This document shows positions 26,701 through 33,890 of a DNA stretch of 64,000 nucleotides, piece after piece. A model generated the notes under the pieces. The model saw nothing but the letters and a program-made list of their open reading frames with translations, was not told where the DNA came from and searched no databases. A program made the translations under genes and the position numbers. Numbering within the stretch: position 1 is the first letter of the stretch; each line of letters opens with the position of its first letter. The stretch covers positions 124,001 to 188,000 of the IMG/VR virus record IMGVR_UViG_3300036846_000743, one strand, 5' to 3'.

Positions 26701-27585
26701 GAAAAAACGTGTCCACTCGTCGGCGATATCATCGGAGAGAGCCGCACACTTCTCGACAGCCATCCGGACCTCCGTGCCGGTAAGACCTCGCTCACCGCAG
26801 CGCGCCAGGAAGCCGATCTGGATCGGGAACTCGGCCGCCAGCTTGACCATGGCCGCCTTGGGATGCATGCCCTCCAGGAGCGCCTGCTCTTCCTCTTCCT
26901 GCTCGCGATCACGCTTGTTCTTGTACCACAGGCCCAGCCCGCCCAGGCCCAGACCAATCCCGAGCGCAGGCAGATAATGCTTCGGCTGCACGAGCCAGTC
27001 CCGGCCCTTGCCGACTGTGCTTGCGAATTGGTCCATGACCCCCGGCACCTTGGGAGTGGGATTGACGGCTGCATCCGTGGCAGCCCGCTGCGCCGCTTCC
27101 TCCTGGAGCTTCTTGTAGCCGGCCCGAATTTTCATGTCGGCATTTTCACCGCCTCCGACAATCGCGTTCCAGGCTTCGCCAGCATGAGTCTTTTCAGCGA
27201 TCTGGTTGCCGGCAGTTCGAAAGGCTTCCGGCAGCGCACTCCCGATCTCACGAACCGCGCGCGGCGCATCGGCGATGCCCTGGCCAAGCTGCCGGAACGA
27301 CTGTGCCGCCGTGTTGTAGGCTTGCGGCATCCTGGGACCAACCGCGCTGCCCAGCGCGGTACCGGCTTCCGGCACCCCGAACAGGTAACTCCCGCCGAGT
27401 GCGCCACCCAGGGCGGCACCTCCGAGCGCGCCGGTCGTCCGACGGTTTCGCTGTATCCAGGGACTGGGCTTTGACCAGGCCCCCAGCCGCCGCATCCAGC
27501 CAGGAGCGGCAGACTTGACCATGCCGTCCGCGGCCAGGACATTCCAGGCCGATGCATAAGGGCGAGGACACGTCATGACGCTCAT
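23752..27585 (-). CDS. Large Ala/Gly/Pro-rich glycine-zipper protein, putative virion/ejection protein
   Basis: 1277 aa; motifs VKSA, PKAA, VKLA, EKCA, TKAA; several Gly-zipper TM-like segments; PAT/APA linker near C-terminus. Confidence 0.8.
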   Translation of the reverse strand: MSVMTCPRPYASAWNVLAADGMVKSAAPGWMRRLGAWSKPSPWIQRNRRTTGALGGAALGGALGGSYLFGVPEAGTALGSAVGPRMPQAYNTAAQSFRQLGQGIADAPRAVREIGSALPEAFRTAGNQIAEKTHAGEAWNAIVGGGENADMKIRAGYKKLQEEAAQRAATDAAVNPTPKVPGVMDQFASTVGKGRDWLVQPKHYLPALGIGLGLGGLGLWYKNKRDREQEEEEQALLEGMHPKAAMVKLAAEFPIQIGFLARCGERGLTGTEVRMAVEKCAALSDDIADEWTRFFVGAAGLEAGATSGLTKAAQDPIKKVKVNPLQSTGGGAEDAAAAAQRAGQQATPQTAAQGIPPVPGVTGTAAPKAPVPPQAPAPGVAPPASVAAATPGARAVAPAAAPEPAAAAAPAPPVDPYAGMTQIQKDMARAPSNRDIVMRRMWQKQVDEASRALSTPGLSPEEQVDARANYQRVLAAEPAGGEAAGVAGANRPVPGQLEMRNLRDARQQEVLDAATEALGKEMGTTQWMPTVSGVKTDQELMAKRINEGMNPALAQRLNFSSAQNDPTLQSYALGTTKNVLTKTYPALYGQVLGAASDLYNMDPSLTNSRSAWRDFASIPFAAYGPQDARAARPGGLSFSGQVMPRWSKNLEDYATAPGTSTPMQYIAGGASDLAKQYDLIANIAGYSRLGGAGGGAAAGEAGAAAPAAAGLLGRIPMLSRAIQAAKAIPELSVPGGFATWGAMMEGLTPGKGNMTARQVERMQEDQRLGKGPTPAGLDMEQWGTYAGQIAQGRVNAANEQSLINTGVPLTPEQIAQTEKTVRSEVINQYTAQRKNFVDKTVPGMQAKGKIDLSGPDYNPTDTRKWMSSPGRAEGVGHVNRQANETLEIMAKKLPPETSMRITQQEPLTPEDMVAMQKAGVDPAQATDAAHNASQSFLLLKAQQEPYYGNMQAMKEQNTGPQGMAKAVQNPQTGLADEAKQKTEAGEYPDPISAVKGMWDGLGTAGQLMVGLGLPVALFGLMNSFMGEGGMGSMLMTLLGGAGVIGGLHQGNMLPGGVQDLINNILSGFGLSHLAAGGTQAGALKPPPGTAATGAGAGAAGAAAAGVPAAPATTPAVPAPTGAPAAPAPAPTAPATTPAATPTAPTAPTAPAAPAAPAPAPAAAEPAAPVAPAQATATVPDEITMDSFKDPATVANLRALPMADKTQRVKSMLAEDAAKGGIWSGRIPLTTKFNAVRSKWQQDPAAATKMVQDAVGNPTLTPADVYDLLQVVEAAQAQ

Positions 27586-27621
27586 GGAACCTCCTTGTCT
27601 CTGAGCTAACCGGATACGCGA

Positions 27622-27843
27622 TCACCCACCAGGATGCAACTTGGCCCTGACCGCGGCGTCCTTGGCTTCCAGGAGCTTCCTGAGCGCCACGGTCCGCTCA
27701 GGCCCTGACTCTATCTGCGCACAAATGATCTGCGCCAGGTTCGAGAAGCACGACGATACTTCCTGGAGATGCTTTGGAAGGTGAGCGAACTCGAACCACT
27801 TCAGCATGCGGTCAGGTTGGTCAGGCATTATTTCCTCCGGCAT
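27622..27843 (-). CDS. Conserved small phage helical-hairpin protein
   Basis: WFEFAHLPKHLQEVS..F..LA......GPERTVALRKLLEAKDAAVRA, a recognisable widespread phage family. Confidence 0.8.
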   Translation of the reverse strand: MPEEIMPDQPDRMLKWFEFAHLPKHLQEVSSCFSNLAQIICAQIESGPERTVALRKLLEAKDAAVRAKLHPGG

Positions 27844-28766
27844 CAGCTTACCGTATCGGCGGTCGCAACGGAATCAGCCGGGGCCTCCTCGAGCACGGGC
27901 TGGATCTTCGAGACGGGCGCCAGCCTGTTGTACCGCACCAGCAGCTGGGGCTGGCTCGAGATATGCGGCCATTGGATCTCGGAGGCATAGTGCACACACA
28001 GGGCGTCGCCGCAGGCTTCGTGAATTCGAGACTGGGCAGCCGGCATCCGCAGGCAGATCCACTGCTCCTCGTGCACATGGGGCGGGCAGATCCCCCGCCA
28101 GATGACGAAGTCGCGGCCGAACCAGCTGAGCAGATTGGCATCATTATGCTCGCCGGCGCCAAAGACATGCCGGCCCAGAGCTGTCCAGGGCCTTAGCAGG
28201 GCTTCCTGGTTGCCGCCGTGGGCAATCGCTTCGGCCGTCTGGAGAATGGCCTCGTGCGCAGCCAGCCCGGCCGGGAATGACTGCCGGTTGGTGCGGTGAT
28301 TGATCGCATAGCTGATCGGAAACCCCGGATTGAAAGCCCCGTGCTTCTGGTGCAGGTGCATGAACCTGGAGCTATTCACGATGTTCCCGTAGACCAGATA
28401 CGCATCCGGATACCGGACCCGGTGCGCCAGCAGCTTCTCGAGACAGCCCTCGACCATCCAGACGACATCGTCGTCGATGCGGATATAGATCGTCCGGGTG
28501 TCGATCGCGAACACGTAGAACCGGCCGATGGTCATGGCCCGATGCCAGTAGTTCATCGGCCCTGGCAGCGAGATCGTGCGATAGAACTCAGGGGCAGCGC
28601 GCTCCAGGCCCCGGAAGTATTCCTGGTCTTGCTGGTCCGGCGTGTTCAGCCACCAGTGGAATTCGTCCACGGCCGGCCGTGCCAGCTCGACGTGCCGGCG
28701 CATCAGGTCGGCCACGTGGCGCCGGCCTGCTGGACACACGACAACAACTCGGTAGCCCTCGAACAT
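27843..28766 (-). CDS. GT-A fold glycosyltransferase-like protein
   Basis: VVVVCPAGRR, YIRIDDDVVW (DxD), YGNIVN, HYAS. Confidence 0.7.
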   Translation of the reverse strand: MFEGYRVVVVCPAGRRHVADLMRRHVELARPAVDEFHWWLNTPDQQDQEYFRGLERAAPEFYRTISLPGPMNYWHRAMTIGRFYVFAIDTRTIYIRIDDDVVWMVEGCLEKLLAHRVRYPDAYLVYGNIVNSSRFMHLHQKHGAFNPGFPISYAINHRTNRQSFPAGLAAHEAILQTAEAIAHGGNQEALLRPWTALGRHVFGAGEHNDANLLSWFGRDFVIWRGICPPHVHEEQWICLRMPAAQSRIHEACGDALCVHYASEIQWPHISSQPQLLVRYNRLAPVSKIQPVLEEAPADSVATADTVS

Positions 28767-29488
28767 CAGAAGACCTCGATGGCACGGACTTCAAGATCGG
28801 CGATGATGCTTCGGATCTGGTCGAGCGTGTGCCTGTGCGCATTCCAAGCCGGTTCAGCCGGCGGCTGGTTGTTCCGCCACTCCCATCGCTTGGCGTACCG
28901 GGCCGCCACCCGCTCCGCACTCATGTAGTGATAATGCAGCAGCTTCAGGCCCGGGTACGGCAGCATCAGGATAGTGCCTGAAGGAGCGTTGAAATGCGCC
29001 CCCACATAGTAGCCGATCTCGTGGATCTTCTTAGGGTTGAAGCAGCAGTTCTTCGAGTACATGGGGGAGATCTCGCCGCGGCGCACCGCGTAGGGGAGTG
29101 GCTGGTCCGCGATGGGCGGATGGGGCGAGACCATCTGGTAGCCGCTAGGCGACAGAATGGTAGCCTTGAGTTCCCGGGCATGCCGGAGCGCGCCGACCAG
29201 GTCCTCATGATAGAGAAACTCGTCCACGTCGACCACGATCATCCAGTCGTACTGATCACGCCACTTTTTCCAGCCGTCATTCTTGACCCACAGCAGACGA
29301 TATTCGAGTTCCGGTTCGTGCTGCGAAAGCGACAGTACCGTGGCGCCTTCGGCACGCGCCACGGCGGCCGTGTCGTCGTCGCTCTGGTCGTCCCAGATCG
29401 TCACATCGCTGAACTGGCGGTAATACCGGACGAAGTGAAGGACCATATCCTGCTCATTGCGCGCCATCGCAACGGTCAGAATTTTCAT
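28766..29488 (-). CDS. Family 2-like glycosyltransferase
   Basis: Start MKILTVAMARNE; WDDQSDDDT, IVVDVDEFL, LLHYHY. Confidence 0.85.
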   Translation of the reverse strand: MKILTVAMARNEQDMVLHFVRYYRQFSDVTIWDDQSDDDTAAVARAEGATVLSLSQHEPELEYRLLWVKNDGWKKWRDQYDWMIVVDVDEFLYHEDLVGALRHARELKATILSPSGYQMVSPHPPIADQPLPYAVRRGEISPMYSKNCCFNPKKIHEIGYYVGAHFNAPSGTILMLPYPGLKLLHYHYMSAERVAARYAKRWEWRNNQPPAEPAWNAHRHTLDQIRSIIADLEVRAIEVF

Positions 29489-29489
29489 G

Positions 29490-30221
29490 TCAGACGACGT
29501 CGGCGGCCTGGGCGTCGAGCGCGGCGACGACTCCTCGCACGTACTCGGGGGTGTCCGCCAGTTCTCGCCAATAAGTGAACGGTCTATCACGGTCCTGCCA
29601 TGTCCTGTTACGCCGTGCGTAACGCTCGAGGGTGTACTCCACGCCCAGGTAATGATAGTGCAGCAGCTTCAGGCCCGGATAGGGCAGGAGCGTGACGCCG
29701 GCCCCCGTGGGCGCAGTGTAATGCCCGCCGATGTCGAAGTTGATCTCATCGATCTTCAAGGGATTGAAGCAGCAGAGTTTCGAGTACAAGGGAGAGATCA
29801 CGCCGCGGCAGATCTCGTTGGTGATCAGGCCCGAGCCGCGCGGCGGTCGGTCCGAGACCATCTGGTAGCCGCAGGGCGCCAGGACCGTAGCCTCGAGTTC
29901 CCGGGCGCGCCGCAGCACATAGCTCATGTTCTCGTGGTAGAGAAACTCATCGACATCGACGGCGATGATCCAGTCCACGGTCTCCCGGACCGGCTTCCAG
30001 GCGTGATTCTTGGCCCGCAACAGCCGTTCCTGGAGCCCCAGGCTGTCGTCTTCGTCATCGACCGGCCGGACACTGGCCCCCTCGGTGGCTGCGATCGCCG
30101 CAGAATTGTCGGTGCTATGATCATCGAAGATCAGCACGTCGCTGAACTGGCGGTAGTGCCTCACGAAGTAAGGCACTATCGGAGCGTCGTCGCGCATCAT
30201 CGCGATGGTCAAGACCTTCAT
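29490..30221 (-). CDS. Family 2-like glycosyltransferase (tandem paralog)
   Basis: Start MKVLTIAMMRDD; FDDHSTDNS, IAVDVDEFL, LLHYHY; TGATG overlap upstream. Confidence 0.85.
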   Translation of the reverse strand: MKVLTIAMMRDDAPIVPYFVRHYRQFSDVLIFDDHSTDNSAAIAATEGASVRPVDDEDDSLGLQERLLRAKNHAWKPVRETVDWIIAVDVDEFLYHENMSYVLRRARELEATVLAPCGYQMVSDRPPRGSGLITNEICRGVISPLYSKLCCFNPLKIDEINFDIGGHYTAPTGAGVTLLPYPGLKLLHYHYLGVEYTLERYARRNRTWQDRDRPFTYWRELADTPEYVRGVVAALDAQAADVV

Positions 30222-30655
30222 CAGATGCGACCTGACCAGGACACTACCGGGATCCATACGGGCTGCATGCCAAACGTTCCGACATAAGCGACGATCCAGT
30301 AGCCTGGCAGCCCCTGGTCTGGCGGCTGCGGCACATGCCCTGGACTGGTATCCCAGGACAGCTGGACCCAGCCCCACCTGTAACTGTTGTCGCTCGCGAG
30401 GACGTGAGCGCAGAAGCCTGGACTGTTCAGGTCGGGCAAGACGGGTGGTCGTTCCTCGGGCGGCGCCGGCGGGATCACGATCGGATGCGATGGTCCCGGC
30501 ACGATCGGGTGTTCAACATGGCCTGGCCACCACGGAGGCAGATCAGGCGGTTGGGGTGGCCAGATCTCGGGCGGATAGTAGATGGGGGGCTCCGGATGAG
30601 CCCCGAGAGTGGGCAGAAATACCGTCGTCTTCTCCCATACCTCATTGAACGGCAT
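30221..30655 (-). CDS. Short Pro-rich protein, paralog of 30750..31994
   Basis: Start MPFNEVWEK; shares C-terminal PDLxSPG..GLPG.W..Y.G.FG.Q..WIP. Confidence 0.7.
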   Translation of the reverse strand: MPFNEVWEKTTVFLPTLGAHPEPPIYYPPEIWPPQPPDLPPWWPGHVEHPIVPGPSHPIVIPPAPPEERPPVLPDLNSPGFCAHVLASDNSYRWGWVQLSWDTSPGHVPQPPDQGLPGYWIVAYVGTFGMQPVWIPVVSWSGRI

Positions 30656-30749
30656 CGCTGCGCCTCGAACATCAGATGGACGAGGGGCCGGCATCTGGTA
30701 CATGCCGGCCCCCGGAAGACGTCGTGAACCAACAAACCGGCGCCTTAGC

Positions 30750-31994
30750 TCAATGCTTGGGCCCAGATCCAGGCCCAGACCCGATATGCTTCTCTGGTTT
30801 CTCCGCTTTCTCCGACCTTGCCTTGGCAGGCTCTGTCGGCGGAGGTTCCACCGGTGGTGGCGTCGCCGGCGTCGGGATCCACGCGGACTGTGCCCCGAAC
30901 GCCCCTGCATAAACGTCCATCCACGTGCCGGGTAGGCCCGTGGTAGGCGGCTTGGGCTCGTGATCAGGACCACTAATAACTGCCGTCTGGATGAAGCCCA
31001 GCGTGCGCGAAACATCATCCACGACGATACACCAGTAACCCGGGCTCGCCAGATCCGGCGGCCCCGACGGGGATTCCGACGGTGGTTGGATATCAGGCGG
31101 CAAAGGCCCAAAGATCGGCGGCGGCTCGGGATGCGGCCGCTCCGGTGGCGTCCCGGGCCAGAAGCCCGGCGGATAGCCACCACCGCCACCGGGCGGATAG
31201 AAGATCGGCGGCATCACCCACGGAGGAAGACCGCCGGCTCCACCCCAGATGCCCGGAGGTGAACCACCACCGCCACCACCACCGCCCGGAGCGATTGGTG
31301 GCATGACCCACGGAGGAAGACCACCGGCTCCACCCCAGATCCCAGGCGGGTAGTAAATGGGTGGCATGATTCCCGGTGGCAAGGGCCGAGCCCACGGCGG
31401 TGAATACCCCGGATCAACCGGGATCGGCGGCCCTGGTCTCGGCGGTGGGTCGCCAGGCCAGAAGCCCGGAGGGCCGGGCCGGCCAAAGCCAGGATCGGGC
31501 GGATAGAAGATCGGCGGCATGATGCCCGGCCCTGGTGGAAATGGTCCCGGCTGGCCGCCACCGCCGCCCCAGGTTGGCGGCGGACCGGGGCGCGGCGGAG
31601 GCGTCCCGGGCCAGAAGCCCGGAGGGCCCGGTTGCCCGAAGCCGGGATCGATCGGGTTGTAGATGGGTGGCATGATACCCGGCCCTGGTGGAAATGGTCC
31701 CGGCTGTCCGGCGCCACCCCATATACCCCAAGGCGGATGAGGCCGTTCCGGAGGTGTTCCCGGCCAGAAGCCCGGAGGGCCCGGCACACCCCAACCGGGA
31801 TCGATCGGGATCGGTGGTCCCGGCCTTGGTGGCGGCGTCCCCGGCCAGAAGCCCGGAGGGCCCGGCACGCCGAAGCCCGGATCAACCGGCCCACCGGGAC
31901 CCGGCGGCGGAACGATCGGACCGCCACCGATACCAGTCCCCGGAGGCGGCGGAATGTAAAAAACCTTCTTCTCCCACACTTCTTGGAACGGCAT
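30750..31994 (-). CDS. Pro/Gly/aromatic repeat protein
   Basis: DPG[FW]GxPGPPGFWPG[TD]PP four times, GIMPPI three times, GIWGGAG three times; small C-terminal domain. Confidence 0.8.
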   Translation of the reverse strand: MPFQEVWEKKVFYIPPPPGTGIGGGPIVPPPGPGGPVDPGFGVPGPPGFWPGTPPPRPGPPIPIDPGWGVPGPPGFWPGTPPERPHPPWGIWGGAGQPGPFPPGPGIMPPIYNPIDPGFGQPGPPGFWPGTPPPRPGPPPTWGGGGGQPGPFPPGPGIMPPIFYPPDPGFGRPGPPGFWPGDPPPRPGPPIPVDPGYSPPWARPLPPGIMPPIYYPPGIWGGAGGLPPWVMPPIAPGGGGGGGGSPPGIWGGAGGLPPWVMPPIFYPPGGGGGYPPGFWPGTPPERPHPEPPPIFGPLPPDIQPPSESPSGPPDLASPGYWCIVVDDVSRTLGFIQTAVISGPDHEPKPPTTGLPGTWMDVYAGAFGAQSAWIPTPATPPPVEPPPTEPAKARSEKAEKPEKHIGSGPGSGPKH

Positions 31995-32062
31995 GATGAA
32001 TTCCCTTATTCCTGAGACCTGAAAAAGTTATTCCCCGAGGGACCGCAAGACACTCACAGCGG

Positions 32063-32458
32063 TCAATCCATGGTGGTCACCTCCTGCGCTTTGGCATACT
32101 GTTCGTGTTGATAGCGCCGGCATCCTTCCTCGAATTCCGGGCGGGACGGCAGGTCCGGCTCGGTCGCAGGTGTCACCTCAAGACAATCTGCGAGCTGATG
32201 AAAGAGATCAGGGTAATACCAGCAGCGCTCGTTGCCCTGCTTGTCCAGCCATTCTTGAACAATCCGCCTGGCTTCGACCAGATGACCAACATCCGTCGTC
32301 CCCAGTATCTCGGCGCAGACTGCTATCATGAGCCGCCGGTTCTGCTCGGGCACTTCGGCCCATGGCCTGGCTGACTCTTTCCGGGTTTCATATCCAAACG
32401 CCGGAGCAAGTCGCTCGTAAGTCTCGTGGAACCGTTGCGCCAGCTGCTCAGCAGCCAT
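32063..32458 (-). CDS. Conserved phage hypothetical protein
   Basis: AQRFHETYERLAPAFGYETR..SA.PW..VPE.N..LMIAVC; SD GGAGG. Confidence 0.75.
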   Translation of the reverse strand: MAAEQLAQRFHETYERLAPAFGYETRKESARPWAEVPEQNRRLMIAVCAEILGTTDVGHLVEARRIVQEWLDKQGNERCWYYPDLFHQLADCLEVTPATEPDLPSRPEFEEGCRRYQHEQYAKAQEVTTMD

Positions 32459-32472
32459 GGATCCTCCACTTG

Positions 32473-32487
32473 GTTACGCAGCGTAAC
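32473..32487. promoter_or_regulatory. Palindromic element GTTACGCAGCGTAAC (copy 2; perfect 7-1-7 palindrome)
   Basis: Intergenic, 15 nt upstream of 32458. Confidence 0.6.
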
Positions 32488-32489
32488 GC

Positions 32490-32786
32490 TTACTTGGACT
32501 TTTTCTTCTTACCTTCGCCGACCTTGCCGCCGCCGCGAGCCTCGTAGTGAACCTTGGACGGGATTCGTGTCGCGGCCAGCCGCTTGACCAGGGAAGGATG
32601 TGGGACTTCGAACGGCTCGCACACGACCATGATGCCAAAGGGCGGATCGGCTTCGGGCAGCTCAGCGATCAGAGCGCCCAGCAGGTCCTCGTCACTGCCG
32701 GCCTCAGCCGCAGGGTCATAGTCCGCGTTCTCGAATTCCTTCCACTCTTCCGGTTCGCCGGGGACCAGCGTCGTTTCGCTCGCCAT
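32490..32786 (-). CDS. Hypothetical protein (acidic N-terminus, Lys-rich tail)
   Basis: Start MASETT after SD AAGGAG. Confidence 0.6.
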   Translation of the reverse strand: MASETTLVPGEPEEWKEFENADYDPAAEAGSDEDLLGALIAELPEADPPFGIMVVCEPFEVPHPSLVKRLAATRIPSKVHYEARGGGKVGEGKKKKSK

Positions 32787-32854
32787 GTTTCGTGTCTCCT
32801 TTCTCATGGATGACCAGCGCTCCGGCGCCGGCCTTCTCAGGGTAGCAGTCAAAC

Positions 32855-33688
32855 TCAACTCGTGGAAGCACCCAGCACCCAGATTGCCTCGTGCACCGGT
32901 GAGAACGGCCTGAGTTCCGGAGAATATTTCCTGATCGCCACTGGCCCCGGATCGATCTGGCTGACATAGATCCCCACCAGATCGACCTTCTGGTTCTGCT
33001 GGCGCACGGGAAACGCGATTCGCTGCGGCTCGAACGGGACGGCTCGCGCGAAGAAGTCCCGCAGCCCCTGGCGCCGGACATCATACTGGCAAGCGTAAGG
33101 CAGGTCTTCATAGAACCGGACGTCGAAGAGGCCGCGCAGCTCGGTGATGTTCTCCAGGATTGTCTCCCGGATGATCAGATGGTCGACATGGCCGCCGATG
33201 CCAATGGGACAATACAGCCCGGGCAAGCCCCCGACGGGCAGAACGGCGAGATCACGAATATGCCGCATGACGGTGAAGGCCATATCGCCGTAGTCCCGGG
33301 AGACGATCGCGGGATCGAATGGGTGGCAATCACGCAGCGTGGCTTCATCGAGATTGCAGTACTCGTACTTCAAGCTGGTCCGCTCGGCGAACTTCTTGTC
33401 CTCGGCAAGCCTGGTGGTCGAGGCCAGCGCGATCTGAGCTTCGAGCGGCAGCTCGAGGAACCTCTCGGCCTTGATCATCGCGGTATTGCCCAGGAACTTC
33501 GAGCGCGAGCAGACCCCCAGTAAAGTTCCTTCGCCCCGCTCGGCGACATGACAGCCCAGTGAGAAACAGATATCGTCGCAGTGCGGCGAGATGTAGACAT
33601 CGTGCTCGCTGGACGGCCCCAGCTGGTGTATCGGCAGGAACGAGCACATGTCCCGACCGATCTCGAGCAGCTCGGTCATCTTGGTCAT
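32855..33688 (-). CDS. PIG-L/LmbE family deacetylase
   Basis: ISPHCDDICFSLG (PHxDD), GIGGHVDH (HxDH), FYEDLPYA. Confidence 0.85.
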   Translation of the reverse strand: MTKMTELLEIGRDMCSFLPIHQLGPSSEHDVYISPHCDDICFSLGCHVAERGEGTLLGVCSRSKFLGNTAMIKAERFLELPLEAQIALASTTRLAEDKKFAERTSLKYEYCNLDEATLRDCHPFDPAIVSRDYGDMAFTVMRHIRDLAVLPVGGLPGLYCPIGIGGHVDHLIIRETILENITELRGLFDVRFYEDLPYACQYDVRRQGLRDFFARAVPFEPQRIAFPVRQQNQKVDLVGIYVSQIDPGPVAIRKYSPELRPFSPVHEAIWVLGASTS

Positions 33689-33885
33689 GGGTCCCGCCAG
33701 GATGCTTGGTCTACTGGACCAGGCTTATCGTGATCAGCCTGCCCTGATTGCTTTGTTTGCGCATCGGCTGTGACAGCCGGCACGAAGACACCATGACCGC
33801 AAAGCGGGCAAAGATCAAGAAAGCAGTTCAAGCCGCCCTTGATCTTGATGCCGCAGCATGTACAGCACATCGGTATTCTGCGCAT
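33685..33885 (-). CDS. Small zinc-ribbon protein
   Basis: CTCCG...CPLCGH. Confidence 0.55.
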   Translation of the reverse strand: MRRIPMCCTCCGIKIKGGLNCFLDLCPLCGHGVFVPAVTADAQTKQSGQADHDKPGPVDQASWRDP

Positions 33886-33890
33886 GGATA

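Noticed and set aside
29607-29623. GTTACGCCGTGCGTAAC resembling the intergenic palindrome
   Set aside because: Inside a GT gene (ERYARRN codons) and with different spacing; probably coincidental.
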